DNA of 63,986 nt, counting the filler, from Barthelona sp. PAP020 (taxonomy: Eukaryota): NCBI GenBank assembly GCA_040182905.1. It is 7 parts of 7 records of this genome, joined end to end, with 100 filler letters (N's around TTAATTAATTAA, not from the genome) between each part and the next. Parts side by side here need not be neighbours in the genome. Positions count along the whole stretch, not along the records: positions 19,155 to 28,577 come from JARQWU010000426.1; positions 28,678 to 38,042 come from JARQWU010000428.1; 5 more parts are not named here. The stretch is one strand, 5' to 3'. A model generated the notes under the pieces. That model searched no databases and was not told the DNA's origin. It worked only from the letters and a program-made list of their open reading frames with translations. Position numbers and translations under genes: made by a program. The stretch's first letter is position 1; every line of letters begins with the position of its first letter. Below, piece by piece: positions 19,350-29,324 of this stretch.

Positions 19350-21917
19350 TCAAATATTTGCAGTCTGCAATATTTCTTGAATATTTTCATCAAATTTTTG
19401 ATCATCAGCCCAATCTTTGGTTAAAAATGCTTGCAATAATTCGATTTCTTCGTTTGTTAATGTTTCATCGAATTGACCATCAAATTCTAAAGCTTTTTTG
19501 TTTGCAACTTCAATCAATTCTTTTGGAAATCCAGCCATTTGGGCGACTTCGATACCAAAACTTGAATCACAAGAACCAGGTCTAACTCGGAATGAAAACA
19601 ACAACCCATTCTTGGCAACCAAAGCGGAAACATGCAAATTAAACACAGTTTTGAAATTTTCCACAAATTTCGTTAGTTCATGGAAATGTGTGGCAAACAA
19701 AGTAAAACAATGCTTCTCAGTCAATTCCTGAACGATAGCAGAAGCTAATCCAAAACCATCATAGGTAGATGTGCCTCTGCCCAACTCATCAATCAATAAC
19801 AAAGTTGTTTCATTTGAACTGCGTATAAGGAACGTCATTTCAATCATTTCAGACATAAAAGTACTAATTCCCTTCAAAAGAGAATCAGATGCACCAACTC
19901 TTGTTCCTATTCTGGTAAATAATGTCATCTTGACATTAGAAGCAGGCACAAAACATCCTATTTGAGCTAAAATTACAATAAGTCCTGTTTGTTTCAAAAA
20001 AACACTTTTGCCTCCTGAATTTGGGCCCGTGATAATAGCAACTTCTTTCTCATTATCCACCATATCTAAATCGTTTGCTACAAACTTTCCTTCTTGAAAT
20101 CTTTCTAAAGTAGCATGTCTTCCGTTCTTAATCTTCAACACACGTGTATCATTTTGAATAAATGTAGGCCTACAATATTCAAATAAAGGGTCAGAACTAA
20201 ATCTGGCGAATGCTACCAAAACATCAATTTCAGCGATGTATCGTCCCAATTTTCTGAACAAATATGAGTAGGTACTGGCTACCTTTAACACCTCAGCAAT
20301 TAATTCAGTTTGTCTTTCTTCTGATGAACTTAACAATTCTTCATAAGCAACAGAAAGATGTTGTAAATTAGTTGTGGTGAAACGAAGCCCTGTTTGACTT
20401 CCTTGCAAATGAATGAGGTCTTTCATGCCTCTGAAATATTTCTCATTCGCTCGAGTAATTCGGAAATGATATCCATGAACTTTTGAATTTTCCAGGAACA
20501 ACTTAGAAATAGGAATATCTGCTTTATCAGCTAGACTGTTCTGCAAAGCTTCCATTTTGCTAATAAGACGTTTTTTCTGTTGATTTATCGATGATATAGA
20601 ATCATCAACCTTTGCTGAAAGTTGAATCTCATTTTGAGAGTAAAACATCTCTAAATCAACTGAATGTTGCACAAGAGCAATAAAATTGGAAATTTTTTCA
20701 ATCAATTCATTGCCCTTTGAAAGAAAAGAATCCCAACTTGGATATGCTACACCTTGAAAAAGCCCTTTTACAGTCAATAAACTCTCATATAATTTTATGA
20801 GATTTTCCAATGTTCCTTTGCCCAACGATAAGATGCGTCCAAATTTTTCAAAATCAACAATTTTCTTTAAATTTTTTTCTAACACTTCATACATCCCGAA
20901 ATCATTAACTAAAGCCTCAACACGATTCAATCTATCTTCAATGATCAAAACATTGGTACTAGGCTGTAATATCCATTGTTTCAACAAACGTTTTCCTTGT
21001 TTTGTCTTACAAGTATTTAATAATCCATAAAGAGACAATTTTAGAGGCACATTATCTTGAGGGAATAAATCAAGCGCTTTCAGCACAGAAAAATCGAGTA
21101 GCATCACATCTTCAATATTAATTGGAGAAACAATCAAAGTAGGCGATTCATCGGTAACTTCTAACTGCTTATAGTTGATTTCTGGAAGATTTGAATTCTT
21201 GATGGCATAATTGAACACAGGGACTAGATCTTTTTCGTTTTCAATATTCATCACCATATCTAATGAGATTAAGCGTTTGTACGATGGCAAAATCTCCAAA
21301 TCTCTTTTGAATTTCTCATAGCGAATCATCTTTGAATCAAAGAGTTGCTTGATCACTTTATTAATTAAACTTTGTTCAATTTCAGCATTACAAACAATTT
21401 CTTTGCAATTACAGGAACTAACAATTGATTGCAGAATGCTGAAAGTCTCATCATCTTCAAAATAACCGTAGTAATAGACATCAAAAATTGTATTCACAAT
21501 AATAATGGCTATTTTGTTCTTAGCCTGATTATAACTCAAATATAATGTCGTATTATTGTCATTATCACCAATTTCTAGAGATAAAATATCCTCAAATTCA
21601 ATAACATTTCCACTAGTTGCTTGTTTCGTTAAAACCCATTGTTTATTAATGTTTTCATACAATTCAACTTTGAAGTTTTCTTTAAACAACAAATGTGAAA
21701 TTACAGTTTTAAATAAATTTGGATTCAAATTAACATATTTGAAATTACCCTTTTGTGACTCTTTTAGGGTATTGGCAATTGAAGGTAAATGCTTATTACA
21801 AACTATTTCGGCTTGTTCATTGAAAACCACATAATATCCTCCTTGATCAAAAAAATAATACGTTGAATTATCTTTTTTAAATCTATTATATGCAATATAG
21901 GCTTCAGAAACTGACAT
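19350..21917 (-). CDS. MSH2: DNA mismatch repair protein MSH2
   Basis: MutS ATPase motifs ITGPNSGGKS, RVGASDSLLKGISTFMSEM, IDELGRGTSTYDGFGLA, FATHFHEL, GSCDSSFGIEVA; MSH2-type SLYGLLNTCKT.QGKRLL.QW. Confidence 0.93.
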   Translation of the reverse strand: MSVSEAYIAYNRFKKDNSTYYFFDQGGYYVVFNEQAEIVCNKHLPSIANTLKESQKGNFKYVNLNPNLFKTVISHLLFKENFKVELYENINKQWVLTKQATSGNVIEFEDILSLEIGDNDNNTTLYLSYNQAKNKIAIIIVNTIFDVYYYGYFEDDETFSILQSIVSSCNCKEIVCNAEIEQSLINKVIKQLFDSKMIRYEKFKRDLEILPSYKRLISLDMVMNIENEKDLVPVFNYAIKNSNLPEINYKQLEVTDESPTLIVSPINIEDVMLLDFSVLKALDLFPQDNVPLKLSLYGLLNTCKTKQGKRLLKQWILQPSTNVLIIEDRLNRVEALVNDFGMYEVLEKNLKKIVDFEKFGRILSLGKGTLENLIKLYESLLTVKGLFQGVAYPSWDSFLSKGNELIEKISNFIALVQHSVDLEMFYSQNEIQLSAKVDDSISSINQQKKRLISKMEALQNSLADKADIPISKLFLENSKVHGYHFRITRANEKYFRGMKDLIHLQGSQTGLRFTTTNLQHLSVAYEELLSSSEERQTELIAEVLKVASTYSYLFRKLGRYIAEIDVLVAFARFSSDPLFEYCRPTFIQNDTRVLKIKNGRHATLERFQEGKFVANDLDMVDNEKEVAIITGPNSGGKSVFLKQTGLIVILAQIGCFVPASNVKMTLFTRIGTRVGASDSLLKGISTFMSEMIEMTFLIRSSNETTLLLIDELGRGTSTYDGFGLASAIVQELTEKHCFTLFATHFHELTKFVENFKTVFNLHVSALVAKNGLLFSFRVRPGSCDSSFGIEVAQMAGFPKELIEVANKKALEFDGQFDETLTNEEIELLQAFLTKDWADDQKFDENIQEILQTANI

Positions 21918-21965
21918 TCTAATTCATTGTAAAAAAAACTTTTAACGTTTTTTAATCCATTCCAA

Positions 21966-22562
21966 ATGAATTTAACCACTGTTGAACGTGCAGAACATTT
22001 ATTGAATTCAACTAAACCATTATCTTTGGATGATATGGCGAAACTAAATGAATATAAGCAACAATTAATGGAAGAATTCAATCAAGTGCAAGATACTGAG
22101 TTACGACATCATATTTCAACTTGTATTTCAGCGATTCGTCGTAAAGAACAACAAATTCAACAATCAATATCAACCTATCAATCATCTTCACACGACAATA
22201 ATTCAGGTTATAATGGTTTTCCAAATCCAGAAGACCCCGGACAAATTTACGCTGATTTAGATAGTAGAATGCACATTATCAATGATAGAAATCAAAAACT
22301 TGGAAGAATTGCAGAAAAAACTAAAAGAGTTGGAAGAACAGCTTTGTTAACAAATGATCTAGTTATTGAACAAAGTGATTCTATTGATGCTATTGATGAC
22401 AACACAACTGTTACCCTTAATAATACTAGAAGAGCTGCGGATCATTTCCATAATGCAGATAATATTGCTAGAAAGAACAGGAGTTGTGGATGTTGGTTTT
22501 TATTGTTAATTATTGTGATTTGTGGAGCATATGTTGCTTTGAAAGTTTTGGGTATTTTATAA
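21966..22562 (+). CDS. Q-SNARE / syntaxin-like tail-anchored protein
   Basis: SNARE motif NDLVIEQSDSIDAIDDN (0-layer Q) followed by a C-terminal TM helix. Confidence 0.75.
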   Translation: MNLTTVERAEHLLNSTKPLSLDDMAKLNEYKQQLMEEFNQVQDTELRHHISTCISAIRRKEQQIQQSISTYQSSSHDNNSGYNGFPNPEDPGQIYADLDSRMHIINDRNQKLGRIAEKTKRVGRTALLTNDLVIEQSDSIDAIDDNTTVTLNNTRRAADHFHNADNIARKNRSCGCWFLLLIIVICGAYVALKVLGIL

Positions 22563-22954
22563 ATTTAAAGTGTGTATTGTTTTTTTAAAAAGGTTTTTAA
22601 GAAGCCTTTCAAAAACTTTTCAACTTCTGAAAAATGGAGAAGACCAAAAATGTCTTTTTCAAGTAATTCCTTTTTTTCTATCATTGTCGTTCTTTTTTGA
22701 CTTTTGGAAAGGAAATTTGAATAGTTTTTAAGTGATTTTATGAAAGAAAAGATCCAAATCAACTTTTGTTCTTTTGGGAAAAAAGGGATTTTTTTCTCAC
22801 TTGATTGGAAAAAAAAATTAAGATTTTCACACAAATGTGTGTTATTGTTTGATTTTTTAAATATTTATGTTAAAATAGTTGGCGTGTTTTGTCAGAAAAT
22901 AAGATTTGTTTTGATTGTCTCAACAATAAACTAGATATATATTTTTTATTGGTG

Positions 22955-23890
22955 ATGAGAAGTGAACCTCAAGTCATTTCATTGCCAAATTCAATCGAAG
23001 TTGTAGTCATTGATACTTTTTTGAGTTATGAAAAAGCATGTGCTTCATTTCTTTTGAAATTAGACCAAGAAAATTCTATCTTGATTGATGCAGGAACGAG
23101 AATTGGAGCAAATTATATCTTGGAAGATTTGACAAAATTAAATATTTCTTTTGCTAGTATCAAATATATTGTTATTACACATGTTCATTTAGATCATGTT
23201 GGTGGGACTGCACATTTATTAAAGAATTTTCCGAATGCTAAAATTATTGTCCATAAATCTGGCATCCAACATTTGATTGACCCGTCGAATTTGAATTCAG
23301 CTGCGAAAAAAGTATATTCTGAAGAGTTTTTTCAAGAGTTCGTTGGGGTTATGGATGCCTGTAATGAAGCTGATTGCATTGCAATTGAAAGTAAAACAAC
23401 GATTCAGTTGGCAAATAACACTTTTGAAATGGATGAATTCTATGGGCACGCTTATCATCACATATACTTTTATCATGTGGACACCAAAACAATCTTCAGT
23501 GGTGACACTATTGGCAATTGTTTTTCTTTGAAAGAATATGATCCTGTTATTGTTTTACCAAGCAGTCCAACACATTATAATCCCACAGAATGGGAACATT
23601 CTTTGAAAAAGGTTCAGAATATGCAGCTTAATTATGCTGCTATCACGCATTTTGGTTTTCTGGAGCAACCTTATTTGAATAAAGTCATAGATGAATGTTT
23701 AATATTGAATAGAATTCATGATGAAATAGCCAAAGGTGATGATGATATCAGACAAGCTTTGTACGATTTGTACCTTGTAAAGTTCCTGAATGTTGGTGGA
23801 ACAAAACAGGATTATGATGATCTCTTTGAAGAACAGTTAAGTATAAATACATACGGTTTAAAGTATTATCGTTATAAATTAACACATTGA
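22955..23890 (+). CDS. Metallo-beta-lactamase-fold hydrolase (bacterial-type)
   Basis: ILIDAG, THVHLDHVGG, GHAYHH, FSGD, THFG metal-binding motifs. Confidence 0.88.
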   Translation: MRSEPQVISLPNSIEVVVIDTFLSYEKACASFLLKLDQENSILIDAGTRIGANYILEDLTKLNISFASIKYIVITHVHLDHVGGTAHLLKNFPNAKIIVHKSGIQHLIDPSNLNSAAKKVYSEEFFQEFVGVMDACNEADCIAIESKTTIQLANNTFEMDEFYGHAYHHIYFYHVDTKTIFSGDTIGNCFSLKEYDPVIVLPSSPTHYNPTEWEHSLKKVQNMQLNYAAITHFGFLEQPYLNKVIDECLILNRIHDEIAKGDDDIRQALYDLYLVKFLNVGGTKQDYDDLFEEQLSINTYGLKYYRYKLTH

Positions 23891-24156
23891 GTTATCCTTT
23901 TTTGTTGATTTGTATAAATATTTTGTAGAGTTGTTGTTATCATTCAGAATGCACCAATTCAATAATTTAATCATCTTTCTTTATTAAAAGTAAAAACATT
24001 CATTCATATTCCATTTCCAAAGGTAATCTGCACAAAATAACTTTTCTGAGAATTTAGAAGACTATTGCTGCCAACCTGCAAATAATCCATCTTCTATTCT
24101 TTGTTTTCAATAATAAGAAAAAAGGATAATACAAAAATTTACAAATTAATTAATAT

Positions 24157-26007
24157 TCAAACATCCAAACTGTTTTTAATTGTTTCAAACCAATAACAAG
24201 CTTCGACAATATCGGCAAATTCTAAACTAAGATTTCTACCACTTTCCAAGACAATCGTAATGCAATTATCTTGAATTTCAGTGGAAGCTTCATCAGAACC
24301 TTTTCTGATGGAAATAATTTTGCTATTTTTTGTTTTTGAAGTTTCATCTTTAGCCCAAGACAAAAAAGGGAAAATATATCGATAAAATCTGCGCAAACGT
24401 TTTCCTTTTGTGCTCCATTTAACAGCATACATTCCATCCGCCAATAATTGTGGTCGAATCGATATTTCCAAAACATTGATGACTGAATCATGTTCAGATT
24501 CCAAAACCAAAGGTGATTCGTAAGTGTGTTCAGGATGAGATATGTTGGGATCTTCAGAAAATTCTGTTTCCGTCATCAACTCCATTTCAAATTCATTTTC
24601 AACCCTTTGCCAGTTATCATTGTTAAGGTTTATACTTTTATTTCCATCCAAAATTTTCTCCATCTCATTTTCATAAAATGAATTGTGAGGTTGTGGAGGT
24701 TGCAATTCTGTCTGCTTTAAAGGTAAAGGAATATTTTTGGCAGATCTAATATCATTCTTTAAGAATTCATCATCTTCTTCCGCCAGATTATTTTCTAACG
24801 TGGAATTTTTTTGTAATTGTTCAGAACTAGTGTTCAAATTATCCAAATCAATGTCTAACATCAAATTTCTTTGTGTATTGATTGATTTATTGCTACTTGA
24901 GTGTCGATTGACATTCAACCGAGGGTTATCTGCGTCATTAATGAAACTAAGACTTCGTTCAATGGCATTTGGGGACAAAAACAAAGGTGGAATCCCATTT
25001 TTGGAAGAAGGACATGTTTGAGGTTCCATTTTGGGAGTTGTTATCTCCTCATCACTCATAATATCCTGATGAAAAATATTTTGAGCTGATGAATTACTTA
25101 TCAAATAGCTTGATGATGATGATGTGTCTTTTGATGTCACATTCGTCTTGTTAGCAGGACTACCTTTGAAATTCATACGTATCTTGCGTTGTTTTTCTTC
25201 CATCTGTTTTTTTTTTGACAATCTTTCTTCCTGTTCTCTCCTCTTTTTTTCATGCATTTGTAACTGTTCAATTTTATCTTTTCGCATCTTTTGAACCGTT
25301 GCCGACTGCAAGTCCTTCATCTTTCTCCATCTTCGTGAAATCAATTCTTGATCTTTTCTTCTTAAATGTTCTTTCACATTTTTCTTCTTCTGAAATTTAG
25401 TTTGACTGGATTTTTTACCTAACATTATGCTTTTTCGAGCAACTTCACGTGCTTTTCGGTTAACTTCAGCAATGGAAGCTTTTTTTTGTTCAAGTTTCAA
25501 TTCATCAATTTTTTTTTTTCGTTGTTGTTGATAACGTTCACGCTTTATCTGATTCATTGCTGCTCTATATCGCTCAGAGACCGAAGGATCTATTGGGTCT
25601 TCTTTAAGTAACGATTCAATTGGCTGCGTATTTTTGTTACTTAATGGTTTTATTGAACTAGATGTCATATTTGTTCCTTTTTGAGCTATATTATATGATT
25701 GTTCCCTTAAAGGTGAGGCAAATTCATCTGCTTCAATTTGAAATCTTTGCTTTTGTTTTTGTTTATGAGAGTGTCGCAGAATTTCTGGTTCTCTTTGTTC
25801 TTTCTTAGAATGTTGTGTTGAATTTTTAGATGAATTTGAAGTAAATGGACTATTTGATAATTTTTTCTGTATGTCTTCTAAAGTAGATAATTTTTTTTCT
25901 ATAATAGAGGTAATTGAATCAAAATCGACGGAATAATTTTCTGTATCATATTTTTTTCTATTAAAATCTTCAACCATTCCAATTTTTGATGGAAAATTAT
26001 TTTTCAT
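24157..26007 (-). CDS. Coiled-coil/disordered protein with putative C-terminal PH domain
   Basis: Charged helical centre; C-terminal LADGMYAVKWSTKGK..RRFY..ISIRKG..CITIV..GRNLSLEF..EA..WFETI resembles PLC-type PH domains. Confidence 0.55.
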   Translation of the reverse strand: MKNNFPSKIGMVEDFNRKKYDTENYSVDFDSITSIIEKKLSTLEDIQKKLSNSPFTSNSSKNSTQHSKKEQREPEILRHSHKQKQKQRFQIEADEFASPLREQSYNIAQKGTNMTSSSIKPLSNKNTQPIESLLKEDPIDPSVSERYRAAMNQIKRERYQQQRKKKIDELKLEQKKASIAEVNRKAREVARKSIMLGKKSSQTKFQKKKNVKEHLRRKDQELISRRWRKMKDLQSATVQKMRKDKIEQLQMHEKKRREQEERLSKKKQMEEKQRKIRMNFKGSPANKTNVTSKDTSSSSSYLISNSSAQNIFHQDIMSDEEITTPKMEPQTCPSSKNGIPPLFLSPNAIERSLSFINDADNPRLNVNRHSSSNKSINTQRNLMLDIDLDNLNTSSEQLQKNSTLENNLAEEDDEFLKNDIRSAKNIPLPLKQTELQPPQPHNSFYENEMEKILDGNKSINLNNDNWQRVENEFEMELMTETEFSEDPNISHPEHTYESPLVLESEHDSVINVLEISIRPQLLADGMYAVKWSTKGKRLRRFYRYIFPFLSWAKDETSKTKNSKIISIRKGSDEASTEIQDNCITIVLESGRNLSLEFADIVEACYWFETIKNSLDV

Positions 26008-26123
26008 TGAATAAAATATATTTAAAAAGAAGTGTTTCGCTTCAAAATTGTGTTCTGATGATGTGTAAAACGAACAAAAAGGATTACTTTTTCCAGATTT
26101 TTTTTCTTTTCTATTTTGAATTT

Positions 26124-27584
26124 ATGGCTAAAAAAAAAGGGAGAAAGTTTAAGCAGGTTCGCTTTAATGATGATTCACCATCTGATGATGAAGAAATTTT
26201 GAATGACCAACCTGATAGTTTTTGTGACAAAGCTCAAGAATATAACATTGACAGACATTGTAGATCAGTTAAATGTTTTGAGGGTGTGGATAAAATCAAT
26301 GGAGATCAAGGAGGTCTTACATATTTTTTGCCTATTGATAATGGATTCGATTTTACAATTAAGAAAAATGATTTTGGATGGAATTTACCACATATTTATC
26401 TAAATAACCCTATACCCGAAGGTCCAGACATGATTAGTCTTGAATTACTATTGAGTGATGAAGATATTCTAAACAATTTCATAGAAATTTTCAATGCAAC
26501 GAATGTTTCTGCTGAAGTTCCTTTGCCTTTTAAATTTACACATGCTTTATTGGTTAATGAGGATGAAGATGAAAATAATGAAAATGATGATGATGATATG
26601 GCTGACTTCCTTGGTAATTTTAAGACCGTCTACTTACATTCTTATGGTTATCGAGTATACAGTGCCATAGCAACAAGGTTTCTGGCAGAATACATTAGAA
26701 ACAATGTTGAGATTAATAAGGGGTTATGTGGATATTATCCTGGAACTAAATTAACGTATTTTAGATGTCCATATCTTAGAGATCTTCTTAGGTATTCATA
26801 TCATCAAAAGCAGGGATTTCACATGCTGTATGTTAATTTACAGAGCATATTTGTGTCACTCAATCATATTGCTGTGCAATCTTCTGTTGATAGTCAGGTA
26901 AATGACTTGTCAATTCGTCATTTTTTAATTGACAGTGTGAAACATCGAACAATGGAGTTTTTCACAAAAGAAAGATCTTTAGAGATGAAATATAGCTTAT
27001 CTCAAGGTTTAGTTCAATCTGATCCATTGTCTCTATTGATTGTTGCCTTAATAATGAACGGCTTTTTACAAAAACTTTCCAAAGATTACAAATCTGTGAA
27101 TTTTAAGACAAAAACAAGTAATACATTAAGAATGGAATATAATTGTCTTCGTTCTAGCAAAAAATTGTTGTTTTTAGATGATATTGACAATATGAAACCA
27201 TGTGAGTTGAATGGTTGTATGTTTTGGGATTCATTGATTGTGTTTAGTGATAATTTGGAAGATTTTAAAGAAATAGTATCTGAAACCAGTATGTTTTTGG
27301 ATAGGATTTCCTTGATTATTGGAGAAAGTAGTTGTGGTTATTTTTCAATGTGCTCTAATGATGAGTATAGTTCATTAATAGATAAACCAGACATATTACT
27401 TGAAAAAGATGATTTTAAGATTCTCAAACATGATCTAATTTTCGATATTAATCCTAATCCTGTTCAATATTCAAACGATCAGAAAAAAACAATTAAAATT
27501 CCTTTATTAAACATGAAGACTGTTGAAAATGATTGCTTGTTGACAACAGCTGGCGCTCAATTCTCTTATTTACTCAATCCTTAA
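26124..27584 (+). CDS. Protein with degenerate non-LTR-type reverse-transcriptase domain (putative domesticated, inactive RT)
   Basis: Ordered RT motif remnants: FKTVYLHSYGYRVYSAI..R, CGYYPG, MLYVNLQSIFVSLNH, QGLVQSDPLSLLI.ALIM, MFWDSLIVFSDNLEDF, SLII..SSC. Uninterrupted 486-aa ORF from ATG 26124. Confidence 0.7.
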   Translation: MAKKKGRKFKQVRFNDDSPSDDEEILNDQPDSFCDKAQEYNIDRHCRSVKCFEGVDKINGDQGGLTYFLPIDNGFDFTIKKNDFGWNLPHIYLNNPIPEGPDMISLELLLSDEDILNNFIEIFNATNVSAEVPLPFKFTHALLVNEDEDENNENDDDDMADFLGNFKTVYLHSYGYRVYSAIATRFLAEYIRNNVEINKGLCGYYPGTKLTYFRCPYLRDLLRYSYHQKQGFHMLYVNLQSIFVSLNHIAVQSSVDSQVNDLSIRHFLIDSVKHRTMEFFTKERSLEMKYSLSQGLVQSDPLSLLIVALIMNGFLQKLSKDYKSVNFKTKTSNTLRMEYNCLRSSKKLLFLDDIDNMKPCELNGCMFWDSLIVFSDNLEDFKEIVSETSMFLDRISLIIGESSCGYFSMCSNDEYSSLIDKPDILLEKDDFKILKHDLIFDINPNPVQYSNDQKKTIKIPLLNMKTVENDCLLTTAGAQFSYLLNP

Positions 27585-28577
27585 AATGTGAACTGAATTT
27601 TTAAAACATTATCATCACAATATTAAAGCCACAGGTATCTGTACCCTTATTGATTTTTTTTTAGATAACAGATATCAAAAGGATGTCAAGATTTTTTTTT
27701 TTTTTTTTTTTTCAAACAGTGCTTTTGCTGCTTTAAACAATGGCACTTTCATTTCCCAAATTTTTTTAATAATATTATAAACTTTGCAAATGTTAGATTT
27801 TTTTTTTAAATTCGGTATTTTTATGGCATTTGAGAAGAAGAAAAAAAGAAAAAAAGTTTTGAAATTATAAATCAAGTTTGAGGATTATGTTAAAAGGAAC
27901 TTTCTTGATATTTTGTGTTGATTTTAGGAAAAATACTGAATAGATATATCAAATGAACATGCCTAAAAGTTAAAAAGGAAAAAAAAAATAATGAGGTTGG
28001 AAATTTCTTTAATTCAAACAATCAAAACGACCTAGATACAAGAACTCCAAACTTATGTATCGTATAAGGTAATTCATAAAAAGACAAAATATGGAAGTTC
28101 GTGAATGTCAAGAAATACTTTACACACCCACCAGTTGAGCTTTTATATTCCTAATCTCTAAATACGTAAGGTTTACTGCACAAAATTTCAGCAAATCAAC
28201 TGCGATTTTGTGGGAAAAGTTTTCCAATACTGGAAAAGAATTTCTTGGAATGTTTGAATTTCAAATTTGAGAAATTGATAGTGGCCAAAGCGGATGGATT
28301 TTTCACAAAAGACAATGTAAATGTGTTTGAGGTTTCTCCTATCAATGACTGATAACAAAATTGAAAGTGAAACAAGTTTTCATAGCAAAGCGGACGGATT
28401 TCACCCAAAAGACAAAATATACATTGTTCCAGGTTCTATTCTTGCACTTCTGATTGTTAAATATGATCCAATATATATACAATAATTTATAATAAGAATA
28501 AGAACGTTACACAAGCTGTAAGTAAAGTAAAAATTAGTTTCCAATCAGAATTATCTTAATTCGGAACACAATGAAAG

Positions 28578-28677
28578 NNNNNNNNNNNNNNNNNNNNNNN
28601 NNNNNNNNNNNNNNNNNNNNNTTAATTAATTAANNNNNNNNNNNNNNNNNNNNNNNNNNNNNNNNNNNNNNNNNNNN
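28578..28677. other. Artificial contig spacer
   Basis: 100-nt N/TTAATTAATTAA linker. Confidence 0.97.
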
Positions 28678-28938
28678 TTTGGAGACATCAATGTAACCTT
28701 TTTCACTATCAACTCTGACTACTTGACAAACTTCATTCCTTCCAATCTTAACATGTTTAGAAAGTGAACGAATACGACGTTTAGACAATGCAGAAAGAGG
28801 TAACATACCAACGCAATTACCATATTCCAACAAAGCAACACTGGCACCGTATTCATCAATAGAAGTAACTTGTACCATGACCATTTCATCAATATCAGGA
28901 TATTCTTTCTCCCAAAAACGTGCAGTAGGGGTTGTCAT
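28678..28938 (-). CDS. EIF2S1: Translation initiation factor eIF2 alpha, 5' part (cut by contig end)
   Basis: RFWEKEYP...VMVQV..I.EYGA.V.LLEY...GM..LS.LSKRRIRS..K.V.IGRNE...V.RVD.EKGYID.SK. Confidence 0.93.
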
Positions 28939-29324
28939 TTAGAAGAAAAAAGAAATGAAATTCAACGTTCATTAAAAATTTATTGGATCAATAACCAATC
29001 ATTTGCTTAAAATATAATGAATGATTAAAGACATTAACAGAAACATGTAAAAATGTGTGTTCAATTTCCTTTTCAACGTTCTTTTTTTTTTACATATTTT
29101 ATCAAATCTAATTTGTTTTTGGTGAAAGAAATAAGAAAGAATCATTTGAAAGGTTTGAAATGACAAAAAAAAAACAATTAAAAAAGTAAATCACACAATT
29201 TTTGAAAAATTTGAATCAGGATTTGAATAAAATAATATCAAAAATGCAAAAATGAAAATAAAAAGGGGAAGACAATGAGGACACCAAAAGGAAAAATTAA
29301 ATTATTTATTTACTTTTGTACAGA

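Noticed and set aside
26124..27584. Telomerase RT or Prp8 as the identity of the RT-like gene
   Set aside because: Too short, no T/CP motifs or Prp8 conservation visible; the motif remnants follow the non-LTR pattern.
28285..28416. Imperfect direct repeat AAAGCGGAYGGATTT...AAAAGACAA about 100 nt apart
   Set aside because: Only two degenerate copies with no ORF or structure I can support; probably decayed repeat DNA.
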